A stretch of DNA of 64,000 nucleotides, taken from Promethearchaeota archaeon (GTDB lineage Archaea > Asgardarchaeota > Lokiarchaeia > Sigyniarchaeales > SOKP01). Location of the stretch: the NCBI GenBank assembly GCA_029838195.1, contig JALGVJ010000010.1, positions 32,001 through 96,000 of the forward strand. Reading direction: 5' to 3'. A program made the translations under genes and the position numbers. This document shows positions 43,598 through 54,553 of the stretch, in pieces (positions within the stretch are counted from its first letter, which is position 1; each line of letters opens with the position of its first letter). The notes under the pieces were generated by a model that ran no database searches, was not told the origin of the DNA, and saw nothing but the letters and a program-made list of their open reading frames with translations.

Positions 43598-44854
43598 ATG
43601 ACTATGAAAGAGAATAATGAATATTCCAATTACATGTTCAATTTAATTGAAACAATCTGTAAAAAATTTGGCTCAAGATATTCTTGTAGCCAAGCAGAAA
43701 GAGAAGCAAATGAATGGCTCAAAAAAGAATTAGAGACTTTTTGCGATGAGACTCATTTAGATACATTTGAAACTTATCCCGGTTTATATCCTCAAGGGCT
43801 CATAAAAGTTACAGGCTTTTTCGCTGGTATTTCCTTTATTTTCATGCCGCTCATCTTTCCCTTTCCCATTTTATCCATGATTTTTGTCTTGTTCGGTTTA
43901 TTCATATTATATACGGAATTAATCCTCATGAAAGAATGGATCAAGTTTCTCTTTAAAAAAGGGACCTCCAGCAACGTGTTTGGCATCATTAAGCCATTGA
44001 AAGAACCGAAATTTCGAATAATCTTTGAAGGACATACGGATAGTGCCAAGGAAATGAACATTGCAAGCTATAATTATAAATTAAGAAAATTCGTAAGCAC
44101 GTTTGGCATTGCTTATTTAGCAATTACAATTGCGTTCTCCATCCTTAAATTTGTTAGTCAAATCCTCTTAGGAAATGCGATTATTTTCGCAGGATGGGGC
44201 ATGTTTTCTTGGACCATCATTGACACGTATTATTTCATTCTATTTGCAATCACGTACCCTTTTTTCTTGTTGCTTCTTAGAGGATTCCTTGGAAAAACAA
44301 TCGTGTTGGGTGCTAATGATAACTTATCCGGATCCGCAGTTTCATTAGCCATTGGAAAATATCTAAGCGAAAAACGACCTAATAACGTGGAAGTGTGGGT
44401 CTGTTCGCAAGGCTCGGAAGAAGTAGGTGATAAGGGTGCCCGTGCTTTCGTTCAAAAATATGGAAAGTTCTTAGAAAATGCGTATAGTGTTGTTTTAGAG
44501 TGTTGCGGTGCAGCAGGTGCCATGTTCATCATCCATAAGGACATGCATAAAGCAATTTATAGCGAGAAAATCAATGAAAAATTAGAACAAGCCTATCAAC
44601 AACTCAAGAAAAAATATCCGGATCTCTTACCCCTCAGAAAGGGCCGGTTAAGAATAGGAGCATGCGATGCTGGGCGCTATATTGAAGAGGGATATGAAGC
44701 TGCCGCCTTATTTGGTCGAGAAAAAGATAGAAATAAGGCTGTCAATTGGCATTCCGTTTTAGATACCCCGGAAAACATCGATAAAAACGTGTTAAATCAA
44801 TTCTTCCAAGTATGCTTGGAATTCGTCCGGATAATTGATAAAGAGTTTGATTAA
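43598..44854 (+). CDS. M28 family metallopeptidase with inserted TM segments
   Basis: GHTDS, GANDNLSG, SEE.G..GA, WHS..DT. Confidence 0.88.
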   Translation: MTMKENNEYSNYMFNLIETICKKFGSRYSCSQAEREANEWLKKELETFCDETHLDTFETYPGLYPQGLIKVTGFFAGISFIFMPLIFPFPILSMIFVLFGLFILYTELILMKEWIKFLFKKGTSSNVFGIIKPLKEPKFRIIFEGHTDSAKEMNIASYNYKLRKFVSTFGIAYLAITIAFSILKFVSQILLGNAIIFAGWGMFSWTIIDTYYFILFAITYPFFLLLLRGFLGKTIVLGANDNLSGSAVSLAIGKYLSEKRPNNVEVWVCSQGSEEVGDKGARAFVQKYGKFLENAYSVVLECCGAAGAMFIIHKDMHKAIYSEKINEKLEQAYQQLKKKYPDLLPLRKGRLRIGACDAGRYIEEGYEAAALFGREKDRNKAVNWHSVLDTPENIDKNVLNQFFQVCLEFVRIIDKEFD

Positions 44855-44895
44855 CCTTGAAATTTTGGAGGAAAAAAAATTTATTACCCAATTTC

Positions 44896-46125
44896 TTATT
44901 TTTGTTTATTTATTTGAACCTCTATTAAGGAATAATTCCTTGAGCCGAGGCCCATTTCTTCCGCCGCTTGTAATTGAAACTCCCAATTCCTAAAAACCTT
45001 CCCTTCCTTGTTTAAATCATATTCTCCCGTGTTAGGATCAAAACGGGGTGTAAAAGAAAACCACGGCTTTTTTTCTTCTAAAGATAATTTATCTATCCCA
45101 CCTAAAATCGAATACGGATTCATGTAAGAAGAATGGGCTAAATCAATACATGCTTGATCCAAGGCAACGGGATCTAAAGAAGATAAAATACCAATGTCAG
45201 GAATAAAAGGCGTATCACTCCCACCTGTACAATCACATTGCCAGGTAATGTCTATAGCATAATTTATATAGAAAATCCTATCCCTTCCAAAGTAATCCAC
45301 CACCCCCCTCGCATTATCTACCATTTGCAATAGGAATTCCTCGTTCGTAATGGTATCAGTAACTATAACACCATTCTTGCAAACAGACCTACAGACATAA
45401 CAATATCCGCAAAGCTCCCAATTTTTAATCAAATTATTATCATTATCTTTCCTTAATGCACCCCTTGGACATGCTTTAATGCATTTATCGCATTCCGGAG
45501 CACAATTTTTCAAGACATACTCAAATTTCTTTCCTAAATGCGCTTGAACTTTCCCACCTTTAGCAACGCAGCCGATTCCTAAATTCTTTATGGCTCCTCC
45601 AAAACCAGCACCAACATGTCCCTTAAAATGAGAGGCTAATATCAAATGATCAAATTCTCTTAATCTCCCCGCTACTAACACTTCTTGAAACCGCTTCCCC
45701 TCGATTTTTTGAATTTCAAAATCCGTTCCATCGGGACCATCCAGCATTAAAATCTCTGCACCCATTGTTTCTTTTGTGTATCCATGCTTTAAAGCAACTT
45801 CTAAATACTCCTTTTCTGTAGCTCGCCCGCTGTATTCCGTGTGAATACCCGTTATTTCTTCGGGAGCCCCCCAACCACACGATTCAGCAACGCTCGGAAT
45901 TGCTCCAACACTCTTAATATAATCACAAAGAAACCGGATGTATGATGGCCTGAGATGCCGCACGTTTTCTAATGCTCCAAAATGAGTCTTTATCACTACC
46001 TTATCTTTTTGCCTAACTTTTTCTTCAAACCCTAATTTTTCCAAGGAAAGCGGACCTTTTACCATGGACATGCTCTCCTCTTTCGACAACGTGCGGGCTG
46101 TAAAAAAATATACCTTCGATTTCAC
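44896..46125 (-). CDS. DUF362 + 4Fe-4S dicluster protein
   Basis: IKTHFG, SHFKGH..GFGGAIKNLGIGC, CDKCIKACP, CGYCYVCRSVC, CDC, DPVALDQAC. Confidence 0.9.
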   Translation of the reverse strand: MKSKVYFFTARTLSKEESMSMVKGPLSLEKLGFEEKVRQKDKVVIKTHFGALENVRHLRPSYIRFLCDYIKSVGAIPSVAESCGWGAPEEITGIHTEYSGRATEKEYLEVALKHGYTKETMGAEILMLDGPDGTDFEIQKIEGKRFQEVLVAGRLREFDHLILASHFKGHVGAGFGGAIKNLGIGCVAKGGKVQAHLGKKFEYVLKNCAPECDKCIKACPRGALRKDNDNNLIKNWELCGYCYVCRSVCKNGVIVTDTITNEEFLLQMVDNARGVVDYFGRDRIFYINYAIDITWQCDCTGGSDTPFIPDIGILSSLDPVALDQACIDLAHSSYMNPYSILGGIDKLSLEEKKPWFSFTPRFDPNTGEYDLNKEGKVFRNWEFQLQAAEEMGLGSRNYSLIEVQINKQK

Positions 46126-46379
46126 ATTATCTCCTCATCAATTATCTTTAAAAAAATCCGTGCTTCTTGTTTTAATGATGAAATGTATTGTATGATTTAA
46201 AGGACGTGATTATAAGATCTTAAGTTTCCCTCCCATTCATTGAATTGGAACTCTTATTTAATGAGAAATTGAGCGCATGAGAATAAAAATAGTGAACACT
46301 TGAACCATGATCTACATTTATTTCAAATTCCAAGCTAAAATAAGGCAAAATTTTTTAGTAATGTCTGCTTGTATTGTGT

Positions 46380-46607
46380 ATGAGATGCCCTGAATGCGCA
46401 GGAAAAATGAAGTGGCAATCCTCGATTAAGCGTTTAGTATGCGAATCTTGTGGATTATCGTTAACCCAATACGAATTAGATACTTATTGGAAAAAAATTA
46501 GAGAGCAAAACATTAATGAATCTGATGAACTTGATAAAAGGAAGCAGAGAAGGAAAGAGTGGCTGGAATGGTATTCCAAATCAAAGATAGAAAAAGAGCG
46601 CTATTAA
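46380..46607 (+). CDS. small zinc-finger protein
   Basis: MRCPECAG..VCESCG followed by a charged helix. Confidence 0.75.
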   Translation: MRCPECAGKMKWQSSIKRLVCESCGLSLTQYELDTYWKKIREQNINESDELDKRKQRRKEWLEWYSKSKIEKERY

Positions 46608-46859
46608 AAGTATTTCAATTTTCCTGAGAACATCAAAAAAAAATTCTAAAAATTGCAGGAAGCTAACATAAAAGTTTAATATAAACGCATTTAGGCAGAA
46701 ATATTTACTTAGGTTGATTTTTTAAGAAATTTTAGCATTTTTCTTACAGCAACATGATTGAGAAGTAAGTAATTAAAACTTTTCTTTTTACAATAATAAT
46801 TAAGAGTCGAATTCAATTCATGATGTTGTAACGAAGGAAAAGGTTTAGAAAAACCGGGT

Positions 46860-48059
46860 TTAAAACTTCTTTTGGAAAATGTCTTCTAGCAATTCCATTA
46901 ATTTTTGGGGTGGTATATCGAGCAGAGTTATACGCAGATGGCGTCCTCGTTCCGAATCTTCGATTCGTTCTGTTTTGGAGGATATAATTTTTAATGATTT
47001 TAATTGGCGTACATATTTTCGGAAACTCATTTTAACATGCGCTTCCACGTTATATGTATTACAAATCTCTTGATATTCATCATAGGCATCATCAACGAGG
47101 GTATAGGGTTCTTTATTACTGAGCAAGGAACGTGCGATGCCATATAAAGCCAATAATTCATGGTCTTTTAACTTATCGACGATATCGCCGCGGAAAGTGG
47201 GATAGACGTCATTAGAGGCTTCTCGTACCATATCGGCAGTAATGGTATTTAATCCTTCTTTATCGGCGTACATTCCACATTTTCGTAGGATTTCTATTCC
47301 GTGGCGCATGTTTTTGTGATCTACAACAATTTGAGCTATCATTTCGAGGACATCTTCGTCAAGACTTTCTTTAAATGCCAGTTCACTCCTGTATCTTAGG
47401 ATTTGAAGGCTTTCTTCGAAATTATAGGGTTTTAATTTGATTTTTTCATTAATTCGGCTAAGGATTCGTTCGGTTTCGATTCGCATCCAATCTTGGATTC
47501 GTGAGATGAGCAGGATAGACAATTTAGCGTTTTGATGGCCATAAGTTTCTGCGATATCGAGCAAGGCGAGTACTTCCTCGCTGCTCAAGATTTGGACCTC
47601 GTCGAGGATGAGGAGCATGTAGCCTTGTTCATTTATTAATTTTGCTAAAATTAACTTAATGGCTTCATCATCGCTAAACCCTCGTCCGGATCCATGAGTA
47701 TATTTAGCTAATAATTCTCTTATTATTTTTGATTTGCTTCTGAAATTAATGCAATTAAAATATTCGATGAAAAGATTCACATCATATTCCAAGGCGATGG
47801 TTCGAAAATTTCTGCCGAAGTAGCGTGCCGTCACGGTTTTTCCCGTGCCTCCCTTTCCCAAAATCAAGCAATTTATTGAAGGTTGCTCTTTTTCTTCCAA
47901 GATTCTCCTGAAGTTAAAAATTAATGTTTTAATGGGTTCATCCCTGCAGAATAATTTTTCAGGGACATAGCTCAAGTCGAGGGAACTAGCCTGTCTGAAC
48001 ACCGATTTAGCGGAGAATTGCGCTCTAAATTCGTTTTCATCCATTATATACGAAACCAT
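46860..48059 (-). CDS. cdc6: Cdc6/Orc1 replication initiator
   Basis: LDLSYVPEKL..R, Walker A GKGGTGKT, Walker B ILDE, C-terminal wHTH. Confidence 0.93.
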   Translation of the reverse strand: MVSYIMDENEFRAQFSAKSVFRQASSLDLSYVPEKLFCRDEPIKTLIFNFRRILEEKEQPSINCLILGKGGTGKTVTARYFGRNFRTIALEYDVNLFIEYFNCINFRSKSKIIRELLAKYTHGSGRGFSDDEAIKLILAKLINEQGYMLLILDEVQILSSEEVLALLDIAETYGHQNAKLSILLISRIQDWMRIETERILSRINEKIKLKPYNFEESLQILRYRSELAFKESLDEDVLEMIAQIVVDHKNMRHGIEILRKCGMYADKEGLNTITADMVREASNDVYPTFRGDIVDKLKDHELLALYGIARSLLSNKEPYTLVDDAYDEYQEICNTYNVEAHVKMSFRKYVRQLKSLKIISSKTERIEDSERGRHLRITLLDIPPQKLMELLEDIFQKKF

Positions 48060-48209
48060 GAAAATATTTTAACATTCAATTAAAGTTTAATCTAATATTT
48101 CTAATATATTTTAGGTTAATTAAAGATTAATGAAATCTTTCCACCTTAGGGTTTCACGAGAGGTAGAAAATGAGGAAAAAATAAAAGAAGATTATATTCT
48201 TTTAATCTA

Positions 48210-49136
48210 TCATTCGAGGAATGCGCCATTATTTAGCGGATGCATCAAGGTATATGATTTTTTAATCCGGGTAATGTCATTTTTCGCATAAATTCTGGTA
48301 GTATTGGGGCTACTATGCCCTAAGATATCTTGCAGCTCACTAATATCCATTCCCGAGCGGCGTAAATGAGTAGCTCCCGTATGTCGAAAGACGTGCGGTG
48401 TAATGATTCTGGACTTTGAAAATCCGCATTTCTCCTTGATAATGTTTATATCTTTTTGGATGACACGAGCGGATAGTTTCTTACCTCGCGTGTTAACTAA
48501 TAAATAATCATCCGGTTCCCATGTTAGTCTATCAATTAAGCTCTGTTTAAGTACTTGAAGGGTTTTGGAGTCAACGGGGACGATTCTTTCCTTGTTTCCT
48601 TTCCCTCTTAATCGAATGTATCCTCGAGAAAAATCCACGTCTTTAATTCTAATATTACAAATCTCACTTACTCTTGCCATGGTGGAATATAAGAGGCGTA
48701 TTAAAATATAATACCGTTGGCTTTTTTTTGAATTGAAAAGGGTTTTATTGGTTAATTTCTTGAAAATAAGTTTCATTTCCTCAATGGTTAAGAACTTGGG
48801 CAAATTTTCCTCCATTTTAATTTTCGGTGATTTAATTTTTTCCATGGGGTTGTTTTTTAAGAATTCATTTAGAGTTAAGAACTTAAAAAAGGAGCGCAAG
48901 CAAGCAATTTTTCGGCTGATAGCTTTCTTGGTATAATTTTTTTCCTTTAATTTTTTTAAAAAAAACCGTATTTTCTGCAAGAGAAAGGGCGAATTAATAT
49001 CTAAATCCCCGACAATTTCAATGAACTTGCATAAATCATATTTATACGCTTTAATCGTGGAACGAGAACATCCTTCTTCGATTTCTTTTGCGATTAAAAA
49101 ATCTTCAATGAACTGAGAAATCTTCATTCCATCCAT
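48210..49136 (-). CDS. xerA: XerA-type tyrosine recombinase
   Basis: SAM-like N-terminus (TIKAYKYDL, LRSFFKFL); catalytic R (ARVSE), K (GKGNKER), HVFRH, LGH, Y (TTRIY). Confidence 0.9.
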   Translation of the reverse strand: MDGMKISQFIEDFLIAKEIEEGCSRSTIKAYKYDLCKFIEIVGDLDINSPFLLQKIRFFLKKLKEKNYTKKAISRKIACLRSFFKFLTLNEFLKNNPMEKIKSPKIKMEENLPKFLTIEEMKLIFKKLTNKTLFNSKKSQRYYILIRLLYSTMARVSEICNIRIKDVDFSRGYIRLRGKGNKERIVPVDSKTLQVLKQSLIDRLTWEPDDYLLVNTRGKKLSARVIQKDINIIKEKCGFSKSRIITPHVFRHTGATHLRRSGMDISELQDILGHSSPNTTRIYAKNDITRIKKSYTLMHPLNNGAFLE

Positions 49137-49259
49137 GTTATGTAGATATTATTCTAGTACTTATTAAAGGTAAGTAATATCCACGTGATACATGAAGAAA
49201 TTAAGAAACGTTGAAGTTTTTTAAAGGAATCATTAAAAAAGAAGAGAAGAAGTTCTTTT

Positions 49260-50204
49260 TCATTCTTTTTTTTTCGTGCGTATGTACTTGTTCGCATTAA
49301 TAGCGGCACGGGCTCCCTCTGCTGTAGCGAAAACGACTTGAAAAAGCCCCCCCGTCACATCGCCTGCTGCATAAATCCCTTTAATATTGGTTTCCTGCTC
49401 TTCATTTACTTTAATATTTCCTTTATCATCCAGTTCAATACCGGCTTTCTTAAAAATAGAATTGGAAGGAAGATGGGACAAGATAAAGAGGCAATCTAAT
49501 TCAAACACTTCAACACGCCCCTCTTTTTTAGGATCAAGGGATTTGGCAACAATTTTTTGAATGGTTCCTTCCTTGGTAGGTACAATTTCGGTAATTTCCA
49601 TTTGATCTATTATTTCGATTCCTTTTTCTCTAACTTCTTGGACTTGTTCGGGCAATTGTTCCATGGGTACTTTCGTGATGATTTTTATCTTGCAACCCAT
49701 TTGATGGAGAACAAGAGCATCCTCTATGACTTCTTCATCCCATCCATAGAGATATACGGTTTTATCCTTGTATAAAGGTCCGTCACAGAGTGCACAATAA
49801 GATACACCAAATCCAATGAGTTTTTCCTCTCCTTTTATTTGTTCTTTTCTATGACCTCTTCCAGTGGTGATGATGACAGCATCTGCTGTAAAATTAGCAT
49901 TCTTAGTCGATATCAAGTTAGCGCCCATTCCCACCATGAGCGAAATCACGTCTCCTCCCATGATTTTAACATTGGAATAAGCTTTTAATTGTTCTCTAAA
50001 TCGTGATAATAACTCGGAGCCCGAAATATTCCAATAACCGGGATAGTTCGAAATTTCTTTGGCTTGAGTTAATGCTGAAGGTTCTTTTCCTTGAAGAATG
50101 ATCGTGTTTCTATTAGCTCTCCCACAATATAAGCCAGCAGTTAATCCAGCAGGGCCTGCTCCTATTATTAACACTTCACATGAGTAATCTTCCATAAAGC
50201 TCAC
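49260..50204 (-). CDS. trxB: thioredoxin reductase
   Basis: IGAGPAGL, GVSYCALCDG, TNIKGIYAAGD. Confidence 0.9.
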   Translation of the reverse strand: MSFMEDYSCEVLIIGAGPAGLTAGLYCGRANRNTIILQGKEPSALTQAKEISNYPGYWNISGSELLSRFREQLKAYSNVKIMGGDVISLMVGMGANLISTKNANFTADAVIITTGRGHRKEQIKGEEKLIGFGVSYCALCDGPLYKDKTVYLYGWDEEVIEDALVLHQMGCKIKIITKVPMEQLPEQVQEVREKGIEIIDQMEITEIVPTKEGTIQKIVAKSLDPKKEGRVEVFELDCLFILSHLPSNSIFKKAGIELDDKGNIKVNEEQETNIKGIYAAGDVTGGLFQVVFATAEGARAAINANKYIRTKKKE

Positions 50205-50515
50205 TTTTAATTCTCATTTTGATAAACAATAGAATGATTTTATTTTTAAATTTTTTTATTCCGTGAAATAAAAACATAATCTCAAAAAAGAATGTTATTA
50301 AATGCTTGATTGATTTTTTTCCACTCTCTTGAGAAACTATGCCCAATAAATATTAACGATAAAGTATTAATGATAAATAAGCATGAAACACGTGCTCTTA
50401 CAACCATCCTCATGAATTTAAATTAGAAAAATATTCAAGATTTATTAAAAGATACCCTGAAATTATTCTTGAAGCATTTTATCTAATGAATTAATTATTC
50501 TTGCGAAAAAATATA

Positions 50516-52771
50516 ATGAATGAATTTAAAAAACTATTTCACTACACAATACTTAGCAAAAAGCAAATCTTTTTCTTCGCTTCCATACCATGTATGGCAT
50601 TAGTTTTTTTAAATTTAATTTACCTCGATGTTTTGATTGATTTACAGCAATATTATTATATAATGAGGCTTTATCGTGGATTAATTATAATGAGCAGTAT
50701 AAGTATCATTCTTTTTTTCCCTTCTGCTCCGTTATTTTTCCTGATTCTTAAGAACAATAAAGATTTTACCTTTTTAGAAAAATTGAGTTTAACCATTATC
50801 ACTAATACTTGCTTCTATATTATTTTTGGATACATTGCTGCGATTTTTAATATCCCCATAATGGGACATTATTTTTTTTCAATATTAATTATCTTTTTTC
50901 TCCTACAAGTAGGTTATTTAAAATTCCAAGCGCATAAAGGAAAAACTAAGAAAATGCTGAAAACAAAATCATCAGTATTAACTAATATTAATGAATTTAC
51001 ATTAAAACAAATTTTCTTAAAGAATTTTTCCCTAAATTCAATATTGCTCATTATTTTTATCTTTTTAATTTGTATCCTGAATTTAGTTAGAAATCCTTAT
51101 TTTTTTGGAACAGATCCTTGGCTTCATATTTTAATCATTAAAAAAATAACCGAAATGAATTATTTACCGCTAATGGATTATCACGATGAATTGGGGCTTC
51201 ATATTTTTTGTGCCGTCATTCAATTTTTTTCTGGAGTAGATCATCTTTCCATTCCGCGATATTTCATATTTTATACTTATTTCATTTCAGCTCTTGTTCT
51301 TTATAACCTTTTCATGAGAATTTTTAAAAATCAGAACCTGGCCGTTTTTGGCGTGTTCCTTTTAGAGTTTTCTATGTTAGGATTTTCTTACATGATGCTA
51401 CAATTTTGGCCTTCTGGCTTAGCTTTTATTATCGGGTTGGAAATATTTTTTCTTTTTTATGTTCGATTTCAACGATTCATTCAACCAAACCGTCCTGAAT
51501 GGGGGCAAATTCGCTCGTCTCTCAAGCTCTATTATTCACTCATCCTTCTTTTTTTCACCTGCTCTACACTTACTCATGCCATAACCTCCATAACATTATT
51601 GCTTCCCTTGATAAGTACTTATTTTATTTACTTGTTAAAAGATTGTAGACGAGGTTTTGATTTTCTCTTATTAATTGGATTATTTGGAATTTACCTCGTT
51701 CTTACTTTTTTAGGAGTAGGATATGGACATTATTATTTTTTACAGCCCATGAGTATTCCATGGTATTACGTTTTGGGAGCAGTCCTCATCGTCGGAACCA
51801 TAGTTTGGAGATTTAAAAAATCTTTGATATTTACGAGCGGAAGATTTTCTAAAGCCATTAAGGGAGAACGCTCGCTTTTATATAAAAAAATTGAAGATAA
51901 AATCATCTTGCCTCTTATTTCTTCTATATTGCTTCTCATTTTAGTAATTTTTATAATTGGAAACATCTTGATATTAAACTTAAATATTTCTTTTTTATTT
52001 TTATTCTTTGACATTTTTGCTTTTTTTTCCTTTTCTTTCTGGGGACTTGCTGTATTTCAAAAGAAACCCCGTGGAAAACCTATAACCATTTGGGCTTTAT
52101 CCATTAATTTTATTTTCTTAGGTGTTTTGTTTATCGATTTAATGACTATAAATGAAAAAGTATGGACAAGGATTCTTTATCTAGGCTCCGTGGCCATTAT
52201 CATCGGTTTTGTCTCATATATTTATAAAATTATTAAAACAGATGGCATCTCATTAATGAAATACAAGATACTCCTCTTATTTATTGTATTTTTCTCAATA
52301 CCCGCCACGGCTTACTATGAGCATCTTGGCATTGCTAATTTTTCCATGAGGCAACGAGAAGTCCGTGCCATTGAATGGTTATCCCAACACACTTCCGGGA
52401 AAAAAGTTCTCATCATGGAATTTGGACACGATTACGTATTTCTTTATTATGATTATCCGTATGATTTGGATAATAAGTCTTTAAGAAATTTTGATCTTCA
52501 TTATATTATTAGCCATGAAAATAATTATTTTGACCCGGCAAATCACGTGGATGAAAAAGGAGTAAACCAATTAAAAAAGTTAAAAGAGGAATACGGAACG
52601 GATGTATACGTAGTAGTTGATAATTTTTATTTTTTAAACGTGGGATGGCAAGTATATGGCCAATTATCTGATGAACAATTAGAACAATATTATCATTTGG
52701 ATTATTTAAACAGAATTCAATCCTCTCGTTCCATTAACGGCCAAGGGACCTCGTATTATTGGGTAATATAA
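50516..52771 (+). CDS. large polytopic GT-C-fold glycosyltransferase-like membrane protein
   Basis: More than 15 TM; GTDPWLH loop after the N-terminal TMs; soluble C-terminal domain (AIEWL...); start probably 50516. Confidence 0.6.
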   Translation: MNEFKKLFHYTILSKKQIFFFASIPCMALVFLNLIYLDVLIDLQQYYYIMRLYRGLIIMSSISIILFFPSAPLFFLILKNNKDFTFLEKLSLTIITNTCFYIIFGYIAAIFNIPIMGHYFFSILIIFFLLQVGYLKFQAHKGKTKKMLKTKSSVLTNINEFTLKQIFLKNFSLNSILLIIFIFLICILNLVRNPYFFGTDPWLHILIIKKITEMNYLPLMDYHDELGLHIFCAVIQFFSGVDHLSIPRYFIFYTYFISALVLYNLFMRIFKNQNLAVFGVFLLEFSMLGFSYMMLQFWPSGLAFIIGLEIFFLFYVRFQRFIQPNRPEWGQIRSSLKLYYSLILLFFTCSTLTHAITSITLLLPLISTYFIYLLKDCRRGFDFLLLIGLFGIYLVLTFLGVGYGHYYFLQPMSIPWYYVLGAVLIVGTIVWRFKKSLIFTSGRFSKAIKGERSLLYKKIEDKIILPLISSILLLILVIFIIGNILILNLNISFLFLFFDIFAFFSFSFWGLAVFQKKPRGKPITIWALSINFIFLGVLFIDLMTINEKVWTRILYLGSVAIIIGFVSYIYKIIKTDGISLMKYKILLLFIVFFSIPATAYYEHLGIANFSMRQREVRAIEWLSQHTSGKKVLIMEFGHDYVFLYYDYPYDLDNKSLRNFDLHYIISHENNYFDPANHVDEKGVNQLKKLKEEYGTDVYVVVDNFYFLNVGWQVYGQLSDEQLEQYYHLDYLNRIQSSRSINGQGTSYYWVI

Positions 52772-52826
52772 AAAAATAAATTCTTTTTTTAAGAATTAAA
52801 ATCATTTTCTCAAGGAAGTAGATATC

Positions 52827-53732
52827 ATGGAAGAAAAAAAAACAATCCCGATTTATAAATATTATCTTTATTCCATTCTCATCATGTCGGCAGTTCTTAC
52901 ATTTTTAAGAATTTATTTTTATTTTTTTCAAGATCCATTTTTTAGCTATAATAGAGATATTGATTTTAATACATTGTACGTGTTCATGGAGAGCGGATTG
53001 GTCAATTATTATAATACGGATTCTATTGGTGGATTTAGAGCATATTATCTCTACTATTGGTATTTTTTGTTTTATCCCATCTATTTATTTCCCGTACATG
53101 TAGGCGTGTACATTTGGGATGCTCTTAGAGTAATTACCAGTATCTTCGTGGCGAAAAGGATTGATTCGATTACTGAAAATGATGTGGATAAGGTTATTTT
53201 TTTTGTTTTAAGCGGACTTGGTTTTTTTGCTGATGCATATTTAAACAATAACAATTGGTTAATCCAAGCGTTTTTGGTTCTCTCTTTTGACATGCTAAAT
53301 GAAGATAAAAAGTGGCATGCGGGCTTATTATTTACCTTGGCGATGTACAAAATCATTGTAATTATATTTCCATTCATGTTATTAATTGTCAAGAAAATAA
53401 AATTAAAAGACCTAATTTACTATTTTCTGCCATTGAGTATTTTTTTCCTGCCCTATTTAATATTTCCCGACTATTTCCTGGCCATGTATTATAATTGGAC
53501 ATACATGGAAATTAAAGTGGAGGAAATGAATTTTTTATTATTAATCTATTTATACTCCTGGCAAGTCTTTCAAACTGCTCAATTAATGTTTGAAGGGTTT
53601 ATCATTTTAATTTTTTTAGAAAACATCAAGACTTTCAAGTGGCGCAAGAGATACCGAATTTTAATCCTTACTTTGCTAATTGCCTTGAATACAACCTTTC
53701 CTTTTATTTTATGGCCGCTTTTATATGATTGA
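52827..53732 (+). CDS. GT87/DUF2029-like membrane glycosyltransferase
   Basis: DIDF, YYLY, NNN, AG...LAMYK pattern in a multi-TM protein. Confidence 0.65.
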   Translation: MEEKKTIPIYKYYLYSILIMSAVLTFLRIYFYFFQDPFFSYNRDIDFNTLYVFMESGLVNYYNTDSIGGFRAYYLYYWYFLFYPIYLFPVHVGVYIWDALRVITSIFVAKRIDSITENDVDKVIFFVLSGLGFFADAYLNNNNWLIQAFLVLSFDMLNEDKKWHAGLLFTLAMYKIIVIIFPFMLLIVKKIKLKDLIYYFLPLSIFFLPYLIFPDYFLAMYYNWTYMEIKVEEMNFLLLIYLYSWQVFQTAQLMFEGFIILIFLENIKTFKWRKRYRILILTLLIALNTTFPFILWPLLYD

Positions 53733-53788
53733 TAAAATAGTTTCCTTTTTCAATTCTCTCAAACCATGAGCAAGTTAAATTTAGAAGT

Positions 53789-54553
53789 TCAATATCTTTT
53801 ATAAAAATAAATGGTAACGAGAGAAAAAGCAAGCACTAAAATAAGAAATACGGGGAATTGGTAAATAAATTTGGATATTAAAGAGATATCAATTAAAACT
53901 TGATGATTTCCAATATATAGTTTATAGGAGACCAAGATTCCTTGAGAATCATAAAGTGCCATGACTTTAAAATCTTCTGAAGGATTTCCTCCCTGCTCAT
54001 CCCCTTGTTTCACTTCTAAAGAAAGAGTTAATAAATATGTCACGTCCACTTCATAGCCTTCATGAAGTGTAGTTTCTAATTCTTTTAAATATTCTCCCAC
54101 GGGTATTGGCAACCAAAAAGGAACGTAATCCAGAAAAATAAAGTTTTCTGGAAAATGATTTGGATTAATGAAATAGTATAATCGCATTTCCAAAGGGGTA
54201 CCTTGAGTTCTTTCACTCTCTGTCCATCCCAAATGATTAAAAACAATTTTAAGTGCTCGTTCATTGCTTCCCGTTCTCATGCTATAAACGAGGTCATTCT
54301 CACTTGTCTCTAAAATCTCCCATTGCATTATCGCTCCTTCTCTTATCCCTTTTAAAAGTAGGAATTTTTCTTGCCATCCTATTCCAAATAGCTTCTGTAA
54401 TTTTTTCTCATCAACTATATTACATTTCCAAGCAAGATTATCCCCTTGTTTTACTCCAATTTTATATTCATTACCAAGAACTAAAATTGTAGTTGTCCCT
54501 AAAAGCAATAAAAACAGGATTAAAGCAGTAAATAAGAATTTAGTTCTTCTCAC
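53789..54553 (-). CDS. exported protein with signal peptide and C-terminal TM anchor
   Basis: N-terminal hydrophobic leader; C-terminal TM followed by YKRY. Confidence 0.7.
   Translation of the reverse strand: MRRTKFLFTALILFLLLLGTTTILVLGNEYKIGVKQGDNLAWKCNIVDEKKLQKLFGIGWQEKFLLLKGIREGAIMQWEILETSENDLVYSMRTGSNERALKIVFNHLGWTESERTQGTPLEMRLYYFINPNHFPENFIFLDYVPFWLPIPVGEYLKELETTLHEGYEVDVTYLLTLSLEVKQGDEQGGNPSEDFKVMALYDSQGILVSYKLYIGNHQVLIDISLISKFIYQFPVFLILVLAFSLVTIYFYKRY

Noticed and set aside
48210-49136. Tyrosine recombinase as the integrase of a provirus or island
   Set aside because: XerA-like size and motifs, flanked by housekeeping genes, with no tRNA/att site or viral genes
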